DNA of 64,000 nucleotides from Euryarchaeota archaeon UBA605 (GTDB lineage: Archaea; Thermoplasmatota; Poseidoniia; Poseidoniales; Thalassarchaeaceae). The notes under the pieces are model-generated. The model searched no databases. It had not been told where the DNA came from and was given only the letters and a program-made list of their open reading frames with translations. The DNA is taken from the NCBI GenBank assembly GCA_002504905.1, contig DATY01000029.1, forward strand, positions 78,306-142,305. Direction: 5' to 3'. Every line of letters begins with the position of its first letter. Position 1 is the first letter of the stretch. Positions 28,787-37,442 of the stretch are shown one piece after another. A program made the position numbers and the translations under genes.

Positions 28787-28955
28787 TGGAAAAATACAAG
28801 CATATTTATGTAAAAAATATAAATCTAAACAGACATTCATTAATGGATTATTACGAACAATAACAATGAACGCAGGACACATACTAGCAATCCTAATTGG
28901 TTTTTACGCTTCTTTCGCTGTTACAGTAATGAGCGTGACACCATTATTGGGTTAA
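28787..28955 (+). repeat. Direct repeat copy 1 (~170 bp: upstream region plus micro-ORF); copy 2 at 32695..32864
   Basis: Shared AAAAATACAA, TATTTATGT, TAAACAGACATT, AATGGATT blocks and a 90-bp ORF identical at 81 of 90 positions. Confidence 0.9.
28866..28955 (+). CDS. 29-aa hydrophobic microprotein, copy 1 (MNAGHILAILIGFYASFAVTVMSVTPLLG)
   Basis: Second copy differs almost only at synonymous sites; absent from the ORF track. Confidence 0.8.
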   Translation: MNAGHILAILIGFYASFAVTVMSVTPLLG

Positions 28956-28964
28956 TTGAAACAT

Positions 28965-29657
28965 TCATCTCCGAGACTGGATTTTGTTATCTTCCCTCCA
29001 CCAATTTCTCTCTGGTGAAATTCTATTGATAATTTCCTTAAATGAAAATATCACATCTCTAGCCTCTGGTATAGTTTCTACTGTAGCTAAATCTATTATT
29101 GATTTGTTGTCTAATTGTAAAAAAACTGTATTACTAAACACTATTTTTTGAAATTTAGATCCTATCCAATGTCCATCACTAATTCTTTCAACCATTTCAA
29201 CATCCCCCCTTCGAACATATGTCGGATCTTCATTATGCGTATTTTCTCGTATAAAGAAATCACACTTAGAATACTTCTCATTCTTTACGGTCTTAGATTT
29301 CTTATCTGTACCAATATGTAGTTCAATATATTTCCCTTCAGCAGGATTAATCTCCTTTCTAGTGATTTTATTAGATAAAAATGGAATCTGAAGATTGAAA
29401 TTAATTATTAGTTCTGGCATACCATTAATCCAAAATCCCAAGAAAATTATCAAAATGATACCAATGGGTAAAGAATATCCGTAAATTGAAATTCCAGAAA
29501 ATATAATGTAGATTGGATATGCGATAACTAATCCAAAAATCAGAAAAATAAGTTTAAGATATCTATAATGTCTTTCTTCCTTGAATAACACATTTTTCGA
29601 TGAATCGAATGTCCATTGAGAACTTGTATGAACTTTTTGACCGGATATTAAATCCAT
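28965..29657 (-). CDS. Hypothetical two-TM membrane protein
   Basis: 230-aa ORF, two hydrophobic segments then a soluble domain; very AT-rich. Confidence 0.6.
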   Translation of the reverse strand: MDLISGQKVHTSSQWTFDSSKNVLFKEERHYRYLKLIFLIFGLVIAYPIYIIFSGISIYGYSLPIGIILIIFLGFWINGMPELIINFNLQIPFLSNKITRKEINPAEGKYIELHIGTDKKSKTVKNEKYSKCDFFIRENTHNEDPTYVRRGDVEMVERISDGHWIGSKFQKIVFSNTVFLQLDNKSIIDLATVETIPEARDVIFSFKEIINRISPERNWWREDNKIQSRR

Positions 29658-29754
29658 AGTGTATGCTGGAATAGTTTGTAGATAAATAAATCTACGGCAT
29701 TGGAAATTTAAATTTTAAGTGAGTAAAGCTCAATTTATTGATTAGATGGATTAA

Positions 29755-30624
29755 TTACCTGACTTTTGGTTTAGGGAAATTTATTGAAGAAATTCTAATT
29801 ATTGCAATTCCAATTATTCCACTAAGAACAAAAAGAAGCATTGATGAAACACCTGGTGATGATATAGCAACCCGAATTACTACAGTTGAAAGAACAAAAC
29901 CAGTATTTCTGGCTAAGTTTCCAAAATCTGTATAAAACCAGTATGAAATCAAAAGAATAAGTATATCTGCGAGGATTAAAAAGGTGAAGAAATCTAAGAA
30001 GAAAATCTCTCTATTTACAGCACCTTTCCCTTCAAATACTGATTCAATCCAACCAGACATGGACGTAAAAGTAATAATTACGAAAACTAATAGCATCATC
30101 AAAGCAATGACTTCTTTGGAAAAAATAAACGAGGATAGTCGATTATCTTGCAAATTTTCACTTTTTATCTCTTTGCTGATTCTTTGGTAAATCAATGAAG
30201 TGTAGAACAATACCAAAAATGCCAAACATTCTACTATCAGGAAGCCTAAATCTTCATCAATCTTCCATCCATCTTGAAATTCGATATTGGAAAGTCTTTT
30301 CAGAATATCTCTGACAACCAAGAGAGTAGCAATTTCATACTGCTTACCTACGGATGATGAAAAGGACTCAGGAATTGTTCGAATCAACTGATAGACTTCA
30401 TAAGCCAATAAAATTGAAAACGGAGTATATAGAGAGGATAATGGAGAATTGAACATTTCCATATTTTCTCCTGAGAGACTATATCTTTCGGTCTGAATTA
30501 ATAACCAAATCAGTAGATGGAGTGTGAAGCCAATTATCGCAGAAATAATAGCTATTTTTCTGACAATTTGGTCTACTTCCCGCCCCAAAAGTGACTCATA
30601 GTAGTATCCAACAGAAGATCGCAT
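29755..30624 (-). CDS. Hypothetical multi-pass membrane protein
   Basis: About 7 hydrophobic helices; TPFSILLAYEV and KQYEIATLLVVR segments. Confidence 0.75.
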   Translation of the reverse strand: MRSSVGYYYESLLGREVDQIVRKIAIISAIIGFTLHLLIWLLIQTERYSLSGENMEMFNSPLSSLYTPFSILLAYEVYQLIRTIPESFSSSVGKQYEIATLLVVRDILKRLSNIEFQDGWKIDEDLGFLIVECLAFLVLFYTSLIYQRISKEIKSENLQDNRLSSFIFSKEVIALMMLLVFVIITFTSMSGWIESVFEGKGAVNREIFFLDFFTFLILADILILLISYWFYTDFGNLARNTGFVLSTVVIRVAISSPGVSSMLLFVLSGIIGIAIIRISSINFPKPKVR

Positions 30625-30697
30625 ATACTTTAGTAATGAAAATTACTTTTTATTATGGGTTATAAAAAAAAATACAAAAAAGGTATAATTTTGCTAA

Positions 30698-32602
30698 TCA
30701 AACAGTTTGATTGAGCCAGTCCAAACAAGACTGATGGGTACATCTCGGTGGATCGAACAATAGTTTTTCCTCTGGATGAATTATATCTAGGAATAGATTG
30801 GAACTAGAACTTTCAGAAACTTCAACAATTGAGCTTGTAGATGCTGGTAGGTAGTCCTCTCCAGTACTAGCAAGTGACAGACGAATAGTATGGCCGGCTT
30901 GTATTTGTACATCCATGGCAAAGAACTCCATCTTGGCATTAATTGTTTCAAAAATAGGTAACCAAGTCTGTTCCTGATTCCCTCCCTCGTGATATCTCAA
31001 ATCCATAATAGCATGCCCAATGTGAATACAATTTCCTTCTTCGGAACAGTCTTCTAATAATGCATAGATTTGCCCGCCAACTGTTGCTGTAGAAACGTCA
31101 ATGTGTAATCTGGGTAAACCTGAAATCCAAATATCTTCAGTAAATTCTTCAGTCTCATAAATTGGTCCAAAGTTACCATTGGGAAGTATTGTAGTTGTAC
31201 CTCCTGCTACATTAATCAATCCACCTCCAAGATCTAATGAGATTGTTTCCATGTCTTGTGGAGGGTATCTTTCTTCAATTCTCCATTGGCCTTGATTAGA
31301 TTGTATCTCAACAAATAATCCTGGCTTATCACCAACTCCTTTAAGATACCAGTCAAACCATTCTAGTAAATCTTGCATCCAGTCAAATCTAACCATTTGA
31401 GGGTACGCCTCTCTACCTCTGCCTTCTCCCGAGCGGTCAAAATGATAATCAGGTCTATCTGGATAATCGTGGTCCCATTGACCGAATAATCCCTTAGATT
31501 CAATACCTGCATCAATTAATTGATTTATTACTGGGATAGCCATATGAGGATCAACATTCCAGTCATGCATTCCTTGAATGAGATACACAGAACCTTCATA
31601 ATTTTCTAATACTCTGTCTAGAAAATATCTCTCTTCCCAATATGTTCCTGCAAACTCACCGCCCCACATGTAAGCTGCAACTCCAGTACCCGGACCGATA
31701 ATATAATCTGGACAAACATTTCCAATATCTTCCTGGTCTCCATCAAATCCATATGACCCATAAACTCCATTATGCATTATCGGAGCTCTCGCTTCACTAC
31801 TACCATTTTTCCACATTAATTCCATTACCCCAATCAAACCAGAAATTGGCACAATTGTCTTAAGATATTCATTTCCAAATGTGGCTGCCTGCCACGGAGT
31901 AGAACCATCATATGATTTACCAATCATTGATACACCACCATTACTCCATTCTTGAGTACCTAGCCAAGTTACAGCGGCATCAACCCCAAGTTGTTCCGCA
32001 TTTCCCATCAAGTCCATACAATGATTCGAACGTCCGGTACCCATTACTGAGACTTGGGCAAAAGCATATCCGTGAGGTAAAATCTGATCTATTATCATTT
32101 GACCAAGCCATGTACCTGGAACTTCTATTGATGGAGTGTCGACGCTGACTTCATCAAAATAAGGTCCAAATTCTGCAATAACTGGTACTGTTACTCCTTC
32201 GGGCACATCTGGAAGCCAAACTGCAAGACTAACAACACCATTAGGAGCTGAACCTCCTTCGCTAAGTGGTAATTCAAAATTCACGAAATGATGAGTTGAG
32301 CCCCATTCATTATCAGTTTCCAGTAAATCATACTCGCCAAATTCCATGACAAATCCATTCGCCTGATCTGTGTTATACGGCCACTCCGACCTTTCCCATA
32401 CTGGAACTCTTTCATAAATCCCTAAATCTTTTTTGATTTCATCTACTACATCGTCAATTATCCAACCCTGTAGAGATAACAGTAACATGATTATTGTCAT
32501 TGACATTGCAACTGCTAATAATTTAGCATTAGAATTAGTAAAATTTTTAAATTTTTCAGAAAGAGGGGTTGATTTGTCTCCAACTGGAACTCCCTCTATC
32601 AT
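30698..32602 (-). CDS. CocE/NonD / X-Pro dipeptidyl-peptidase (S15)-like hydrolase, membrane anchored
   Basis: GTGRS, WSNGGVSMIGKSYDG nucleophile motif, QGMHDWNV, GQWDH; C-terminal PepX-like domain. Confidence 0.88.
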   Translation of the reverse strand: MIEGVPVGDKSTPLSEKFKNFTNSNAKLLAVAMSMTIIMLLLSLQGWIIDDVVDEIKKDLGIYERVPVWERSEWPYNTDQANGFVMEFGEYDLLETDNEWGSTHHFVNFELPLSEGGSAPNGVVSLAVWLPDVPEGVTVPVIAEFGPYFDEVSVDTPSIEVPGTWLGQMIIDQILPHGYAFAQVSVMGTGRSNHCMDLMGNAEQLGVDAAVTWLGTQEWSNGGVSMIGKSYDGSTPWQAATFGNEYLKTIVPISGLIGVMELMWKNGSSEARAPIMHNGVYGSYGFDGDQEDIGNVCPDYIIGPGTGVAAYMWGGEFAGTYWEERYFLDRVLENYEGSVYLIQGMHDWNVDPHMAIPVINQLIDAGIESKGLFGQWDHDYPDRPDYHFDRSGEGRGREAYPQMVRFDWMQDLLEWFDWYLKGVGDKPGLFVEIQSNQGQWRIEERYPPQDMETISLDLGGGLINVAGGTTTILPNGNFGPIYETEEFTEDIWISGLPRLHIDVSTATVGGQIYALLEDCSEEGNCIHIGHAIMDLRYHEGGNQEQTWLPIFETINAKMEFFAMDVQIQAGHTIRLSLASTGEDYLPASTSSIVEVSESSSSNLFLDIIHPEEKLLFDPPRCTHQSCLDWLNQTV

Positions 32603-32694
32603 ACAAACTCGTGTTGAAGAGTATTATTCAGACTTATGTATTTTTGATTGTTAAAAATTTTTAATAAAAATATGATTTAATGTTAAAATTAGCC

Positions 32695-32864
32695 TTGAAA
32701 AAATACAAATGTATTTATGTTGAAAAATGAAAAGTAAACAGACATTAATGAATGGATTGAGTTAACCAACAATAATGAATACAGGACACATACTTGCAAT
32801 CCTAATTGGTTTTTACGCTTCTTTCGCTGTTACGGTGATGAGTGTGACTCCATTATTAGGTTGA
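32695..32864 (+). repeat. Direct repeat copy 2 of 28787..28955
   Basis: Sequence comparison with copy 1. Confidence 0.9.
32775..32864 (+). CDS. 29-aa hydrophobic microprotein, copy 2 (MNTGHILAILIGFYASFAVTVMSVTPLLG)
   Basis: 28 of 29 aa identical to copy 1 despite 9 nucleotide differences; directly upstream of the photolyase-family gene. Confidence 0.8.
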   Translation: MNTGHILAILIGFYASFAVTVMSVTPLLG

Positions 32865-32893
32865 AAAAAAAAACCCGTACCGGGGGAAGAAGA

Positions 32894-34459
32894 GTGAAAA
32901 ATGCCATAGTTTGGTTTAGGAAAACACTCAGAATTCACGATAACCCTATGTTAATTTGGGCAGAATCATCGCAGGATTTCGATTCTATAATTCCTATTTA
33001 CATACTGGAAGAGAATTGGAGTCATGAAAAGACAGGAAAACTAGGAAATAATAGATTGAGTTTTCTTTTCGATTCACTACTCGATTTAGATAATAATCTG
33101 AAAAATAATTTCGATACTAGATTACAAATATTCTCAGGAGATCCATGCGAGGTAATCGAATCAATCTTGAATACTAAAGATAGTAAAGTAAAATCTTTAC
33201 TTACTGACTACTGTTCCGAGCCAGGTAGCATTAATGATATTTTTCAGGTAACTGAAAATCTAGAAAAAAATGATATTAATGTGAAAGTTTTTCCTGCAGT
33301 AAATACTATCTTAGATATTGAGAAAATTATAAAGAATAAGAATTTTAAGTTGCCTAAATCTACTAATGATATGGAAAAAATATTCAACGATAATCATATT
33401 ATTGGACCCTATGGGAATCTAATAGATGGAGATCTACCAACTCCTAAAAAAATCTGTTCTGATTCATTATTTGTAAAATCAATTAAGAAACAAAAACATA
33501 TTTCAAATTTTTATATTCCAATAGAAGAAATTAGAGAAAGAAATTATCAATTGAAATTGGAAGTAGGGTTTGAGAATTCATATTTTCTGGGTGGAGAAAC
33601 TGAGGCTTTAAAAAGACTTGAAAAGAAAATTTCTGAGAGGCCTGATTTCGTTAACAGTTTTAGAAAACCTAAGACATACTCAACTAACGAAGATAACAAT
33701 CCAATGGAACCAACAACAACTGGACTTTCCCCCTATATTAGCAATGGGTGTTTGTCGGTTAGATTGGTTTGGAATGAGTGTGCTAGTATTCAAAATTCGG
33801 GACATACTAAACCTCCAGAATCTCTTCACGGACAATTAATGTTTAGAGAAATGTTCTACCTATTATCCAGATCTGTAGAAAATTGGGATAGCGATATTGG
33901 AAATATAAATTGTAAACCAGTAAAATGGGGAGATTATGATGAAGAAAAAATTAGAGCATGGGAATTGGGAAAAACAGGTTTCCCTTACATCGATGCAATG
34001 ATGAGGCAACTTGAGGCAACCGGATGGATGCATCATCTAGGCAGACATGCTGTTTCTTGCTTTCTAACAAGAGGACAGTTGTGGCAAAATTGGAAATATG
34101 GGAGAGATATTTTTGAAAGGAAATTAATTGATTCAGACTGGGCTGTGAATAACGGAAATTGGCTCTGGTTAGCTGGAGTTGCCCCCTTCTCAATGCCCTA
34201 CTACAGAGTCTATAATCCGTGTCCAGATAAGAAATCAAGTCTGAATGTGGAGACGGAAAAGGCTACTTTTATACGATATTGGATTCCTGAATTATCATTA
34301 TTCCCATCAAAATACATTTTTGAACCAAATTTAGCACCTTTAGAAATACAAAAATCGTCGAATTGTATAATTGGAGAAGACTACCCATTTCCAATTGTCG
34401 ATCGAAAGAATACTAGAAAGGAAAATCTAATTAAATTCAAATCGAATATTAAGCAATGA
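32894..34459 (+). CDS. Photolyase/cryptochrome family flavoprotein, (6-4) photolyase/animal-CRY-like; start GTG 32894 or TTG 32861
   Basis: WFRKTLRIHDNP, GGETEAL, TTGLSPY, PPESLHGQL, GWMHHLGRHAVSCFLTRG, DSDWAVNNGNWLWL. Confidence 0.9.
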   Translation: MKNAIVWFRKTLRIHDNPMLIWAESSQDFDSIIPIYILEENWSHEKTGKLGNNRLSFLFDSLLDLDNNLKNNFDTRLQIFSGDPCEVIESILNTKDSKVKSLLTDYCSEPGSINDIFQVTENLEKNDINVKVFPAVNTILDIEKIIKNKNFKLPKSTNDMEKIFNDNHIIGPYGNLIDGDLPTPKKICSDSLFVKSIKKQKHISNFYIPIEEIRERNYQLKLEVGFENSYFLGGETEALKRLEKKISERPDFVNSFRKPKTYSTNEDNNPMEPTTTGLSPYISNGCLSVRLVWNECASIQNSGHTKPPESLHGQLMFREMFYLLSRSVENWDSDIGNINCKPVKWGDYDEEKIRAWELGKTGFPYIDAMMRQLEATGWMHHLGRHAVSCFLTRGQLWQNWKYGRDIFERKLIDSDWAVNNGNWLWLAGVAPFSMPYYRVYNPCPDKKSSLNVETEKATFIRYWIPELSLFPSKYIFEPNLAPLEIQKSSNCIIGEDYPFPIVDRKNTRKENLIKFKSNIKQ

Positions 34460-34584
34460 ATAAAAGTTAATCATTATCTAAATACCGTTATTATCTGTAC
34501 AATACAGAAATTTAATTTGAACTAATAATAATTTAAAAAAATGAGAAAAGTAATAGTTTCTTTACTACTAGTAGAATACTAGAA

Positions 34585-34662
34585 TTAATCAGATCTTGCT
34601 ACAAGTAGTTCTAATTGATCTCCCAACCTTTGCCACAAGTCGTCTATTTGCTCACTAGTCAT
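34585..34662 (-). CDS. Possible 25-aa peptide (MTSEQIDDLWQRLGDQLELLVARSD)
   Basis: Protein-like composition in an otherwise AT-rich spacer; TATATA about 29 nt and TTCG 6 nt before the ATG. Confidence 0.35.
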   Translation of the reverse strand: MTSEQIDDLWQRLGDQLELLVARSD

Positions 34663-34782
34663 ATCCAACGAAATGTACTTCTACATATATACCATTGTTT
34701 TCATAAGACATTTCAGGAAGTAAGTTATATTGCATTTTTATTTTACGTTTGACAGCAATAAAAGGCAAAAAAATTACACTTT

Positions 34783-34860
34783 TGGTGCTCGTGCCGGGAT
34801 TTGAACCCGGGTCGCCGCCTCGAAAGGGCGGCATGATGGACCGAACTACACCACACGAGC
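34783..34860 (-). tRNA. tRNA-Glu(TTC)
   Basis: GCTCGTG...CCGCC-CT-TTC-GA-GGCGG...GTTCAAATC...CACGAGC-A-CCA. Confidence 0.96.
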
Positions 34861-34926
34861 GATGCACTGCCGAGAAGCAGTCCCCACATAATTACAACGG
34901 TTCCAAATACTAGGAAAACTTAGCAA

Positions 34927-35526
34927 CTATACTTCTGTATTAGTCTCTGGATCCATGCTATTCCACCATCTCAGTAAAGGAATAAATATTATGATACAAA
35001 GAATAGAAATTAATGTGAAATTAAACCAATTTAATGAACTCTGAACGGATTCTCCATAAACTCCTAAAAGCAATCCTACTGAACCAAATCTAATTCCTCT
35101 GCCAAAAATTCCGGCTAATGCAAAAAGTCGTAAGTCCATTCTTCCTGCTCCAGCAATCCAAGCAAGAGCCTTGTAAGGTATGGGAGAAATTGCTGCAATA
35201 AAAACACCTGCTGAGCCATATTTATCAATCAAAAAATTTAATCTGTTAATGTTCTTTTGACTAACAAAGCGCTCTAAAATTGGAATTCCTCCGTAAAATC
35301 CGATTCCATAACCTAAAAATGCACCAAAAACGCTACTCAGAGTTGCAACCAGAACAATTAATAAAATTCCTAGAATACTATTTGCTTCGATTACCATTGG
35401 AATAACTAGGACGTCCGGAGGAATCGGTTGAAAGGCCGCTTCTGATGCTGAAACTAATGCTAAACCTATTAATCCAAAGCCATCAGCCCAATCAATAAAT
35501 GGCTGAAAGTAATCGCTCGGACTCAT
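34927..35526 (-). CDS. DedA/YqaA (VTT domain) membrane protein
   Basis: SEAAFQPIPPDVL, SVFGAFLGYGIG, ISPIPYK, GRGIRF. Confidence 0.88.
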   Translation of the reverse strand: MSPSDYFQPFIDWADGFGLIGLALVSASEAAFQPIPPDVLVIPMVIEANSILGILLIVLVATLSSVFGAFLGYGIGFYGGIPILERFVSQKNINRLNFLIDKYGSAGVFIAAISPIPYKALAWIAGAGRMDLRLFALAGIFGRGIRFGSVGLLLGVYGESVQSSLNWFNFTLISILCIIIFIPLLRWWNSMDPETNTEV

Positions 35527-35628
35527 ACCTCTCAATTGTCTCCCGTATCACTATGCGGATGAACATTTTCCGAATATAATCATTAAATTACACCTATCAC
35601 TGATATGTAGTCGACCGCTCGCGGCATT

Positions 35629-36144
35629 GTGGGAGGGGAGGTTCTAGACACTGCAGCCTTGATTTCTTGGCCAATAAACAGGCTGAATGGTTGCTACGCA
35701 ATGCCATCACAAAAGAATGAATTGTTTAATGTAAATCCTGAAGAGGAAATTAAAATTGACTCTGCGCAAATAATGTGGATGATTCCTGATGATAAAAGTA
35801 TGGAAATTGCTACAAATATAGCAATTAGTACAGGAGATATGGCTGGACTATCTGAAATTGATCTGGGAATTCTTGCATTGTCTATTGATTTGGAAAAAAC
35901 CTTAGTCACAGACGATTATAGATTGCAAAATTTAGCAGAAAAAGCTGGTATAGAATGGATGACAGTGACAACTGAAGGAATAAAACAACTATGGACATGG
36001 GAATTGAAGTGCATAGCTTGCAAAAAGATATATCCACAACCAAAAAAACCTAATTTAAAAAAATCAGACTGGGGAGAATGTAAAGAATGTGGTTCTAAAC
36101 TTAGATTGAAGAGGATAAAAGGTAATCACTCTGATTCTTCATGA
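35629..36144 (+). CDS. nob1: Nob1-like PIN endonuclease with zinc ribbon
   Basis: VLDTAALI, LSEIDLGILAL, LVTDDYRLQNLA, CIAC...CKECGSKL. Confidence 0.85.
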   Translation: MGGEVLDTAALISWPINRLNGCYAMPSQKNELFNVNPEEEIKIDSAQIMWMIPDDKSMEIATNIAISTGDMAGLSEIDLGILALSIDLEKTLVTDDYRLQNLAEKAGIEWMTVTTEGIKQLWTWELKCIACKKIYPQPKKPNLKKSDWGECKECGSKLRLKRIKGNHSDSS

Positions 36145-36332
36145 TGTTCCTTAGTCATCCCACCACGATCAATATCTTCGCCAGCAATTGACATCCCCTC
36201 TTGAAGGCCTCTCTGAAATTCACCTTTAGCACGGCCTGCATTTCTAGCTAATTCTGGTATCTTTTTTGCTCCAAACATGATTGCAAGCATTATTACAAGA
36301 ATTACAATTTCTTGAGTACCTAAGATTCCCAT
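36126..36332 (-). CDS. tatA: Twin-arginine translocase TatA
   Basis: MGILGTQEIVILVIMLAIMFGAKKIPELARNAGRAKGEFQRG. Confidence 0.93.
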   Translation of the reverse strand: MGILGTQEIVILVIMLAIMFGAKKIPELARNAGRAKGEFQRGLQEGMSIAGEDIDRGGMTKEHHEESE

Positions 36333-36381
36333 ATTGAACCTGAAGAGGTTACAACCTTCAAAGTCTTCGGCTAAAAATCCT

Positions 36382-36648
36382 CTATCCACCGGAAACTGGT
36401 GGTAAAAAGGCGATTTCAGAGGAATCATGGACTTGAGTTTCCAAATCTACCCCGATATCTCCATCCAATGCTACTACTAATCCATCAGAAATCATAGATT
36501 TTAATTCAAACCTTTCAATTATTTGATTGATAGTTGTTCCATGCAGCAAGGATAAATCTATTGTTCTCTGGTTTAATTTCTCGGCTAATGGGCCAAAAAA
36601 TAGGAGTCTGACTTTGATTGCCCCCTCAATAGGTTCCTGTTTCTCCAC
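36382..36648 (-). CDS. MoaD/SAMP1-like ubiquitin-fold sulfur carrier
   Basis: VRLLFFGPL...EIAFLPPVSGG C-terminus. Confidence 0.9.
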   Translation of the reverse strand: MEKQEPIEGAIKVRLLFFGPLAEKLNQRTIDLSLLHGTTINQIIERFELKSMISDGLVVALDGDIGVDLETQVHDSSEIAFLPPVSGG

Positions 36649-36761
36649 AACACTCGGAGAAGTATCTTAGCAATCAAATCATCTATTCATATTTATTAAA
36701 ATACGAAATATTAAACTTTTAATTAACAACAATTCTTAGGTACACCATCACTCGTTAAGGT

Positions 36762-37442
36762 ATGAATAAAGTAGAAGCGGTTGTATTCGACTGTGATGGG
36801 GTGTTGGTAGATATCACTTCATCATGGCAACAAATACACAACTACTTCGGGACAAATAATAAAGAAAATCTTACAAGGTTTCTTGAGAAGGAAATTACAG
36901 ATGATGAATTTATGGAATTAGATGTCAAGTTATGGTTGGAAATTCAAGAGGAAATCCATATGGATGAAATAATGAGATGCTTTTCCGGTGTTAAATTGAT
37001 GAAAGGAGCTAGAGAAGTTATCGATGAATTGAAGAGAAGAGGAATTTATGTAGCTATTGTTTCATCAGGAGTTGCAAGATTCATTGGTTCAATTGCACAT
37101 ATTCTGAAAGTCGATGATTGGGCTGCAAATGATTTTTCATGGGATAAAGAGGGATATTTATCAGGGCCAGCACCTGCTATGGTTGATTCGCATAACAAGG
37201 GTGAGATGGTTGAAAAACTGGCTAGAATAAATGGTTTTGAGGCAGAAAAAATATGGACAATAGGGGACTCAGGTACAGATTTGTCAATGCAAATACCCGG
37301 TTCTAATTTTATAGGATTCAATCCTGCAAGAGAGAGATCTATCAATAAATTTACTGATGCAAGTGTACCAATAATTGTAGATAAGGATTTAACAAAAATT
37401 TGGAATATTATTTTCTCAGAAGATTTTCCAAAGAATGATTAA
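36762..37442 (+). CDS. HAD-IB phosphatase (phosphoserine phosphatase-like)
   Basis: FDCDGVL, IVSSG, K, IGDSGTD motifs. Confidence 0.88.
   Translation: MNKVEAVVFDCDGVLVDITSSWQQIHNYFGTNNKENLTRFLEKEITDDEFMELDVKLWLEIQEEIHMDEIMRCFSGVKLMKGAREVIDELKRRGIYVAIVSSGVARFIGSIAHILKVDDWAANDFSWDKEGYLSGPAPAMVDSHNKGEMVEKLARINGFEAEKIWTIGDSGTDLSMQIPGSNFIGFNPARERSINKFTDASVPIIVDKDLTKIWNIIFSEDFPKND

Noticed and set aside
28367..34860. Integrated provirus or mobile element at tRNA-Ala/tRNA-Glu
   Set aside because: No integrase, transposase, viral genes or duplicated att sequence found by eye; kept only as an accessory region
34655..34867. 70-aa ORF on the minus strand
   Set aside because: Reads through tRNA-Glu(TTC)
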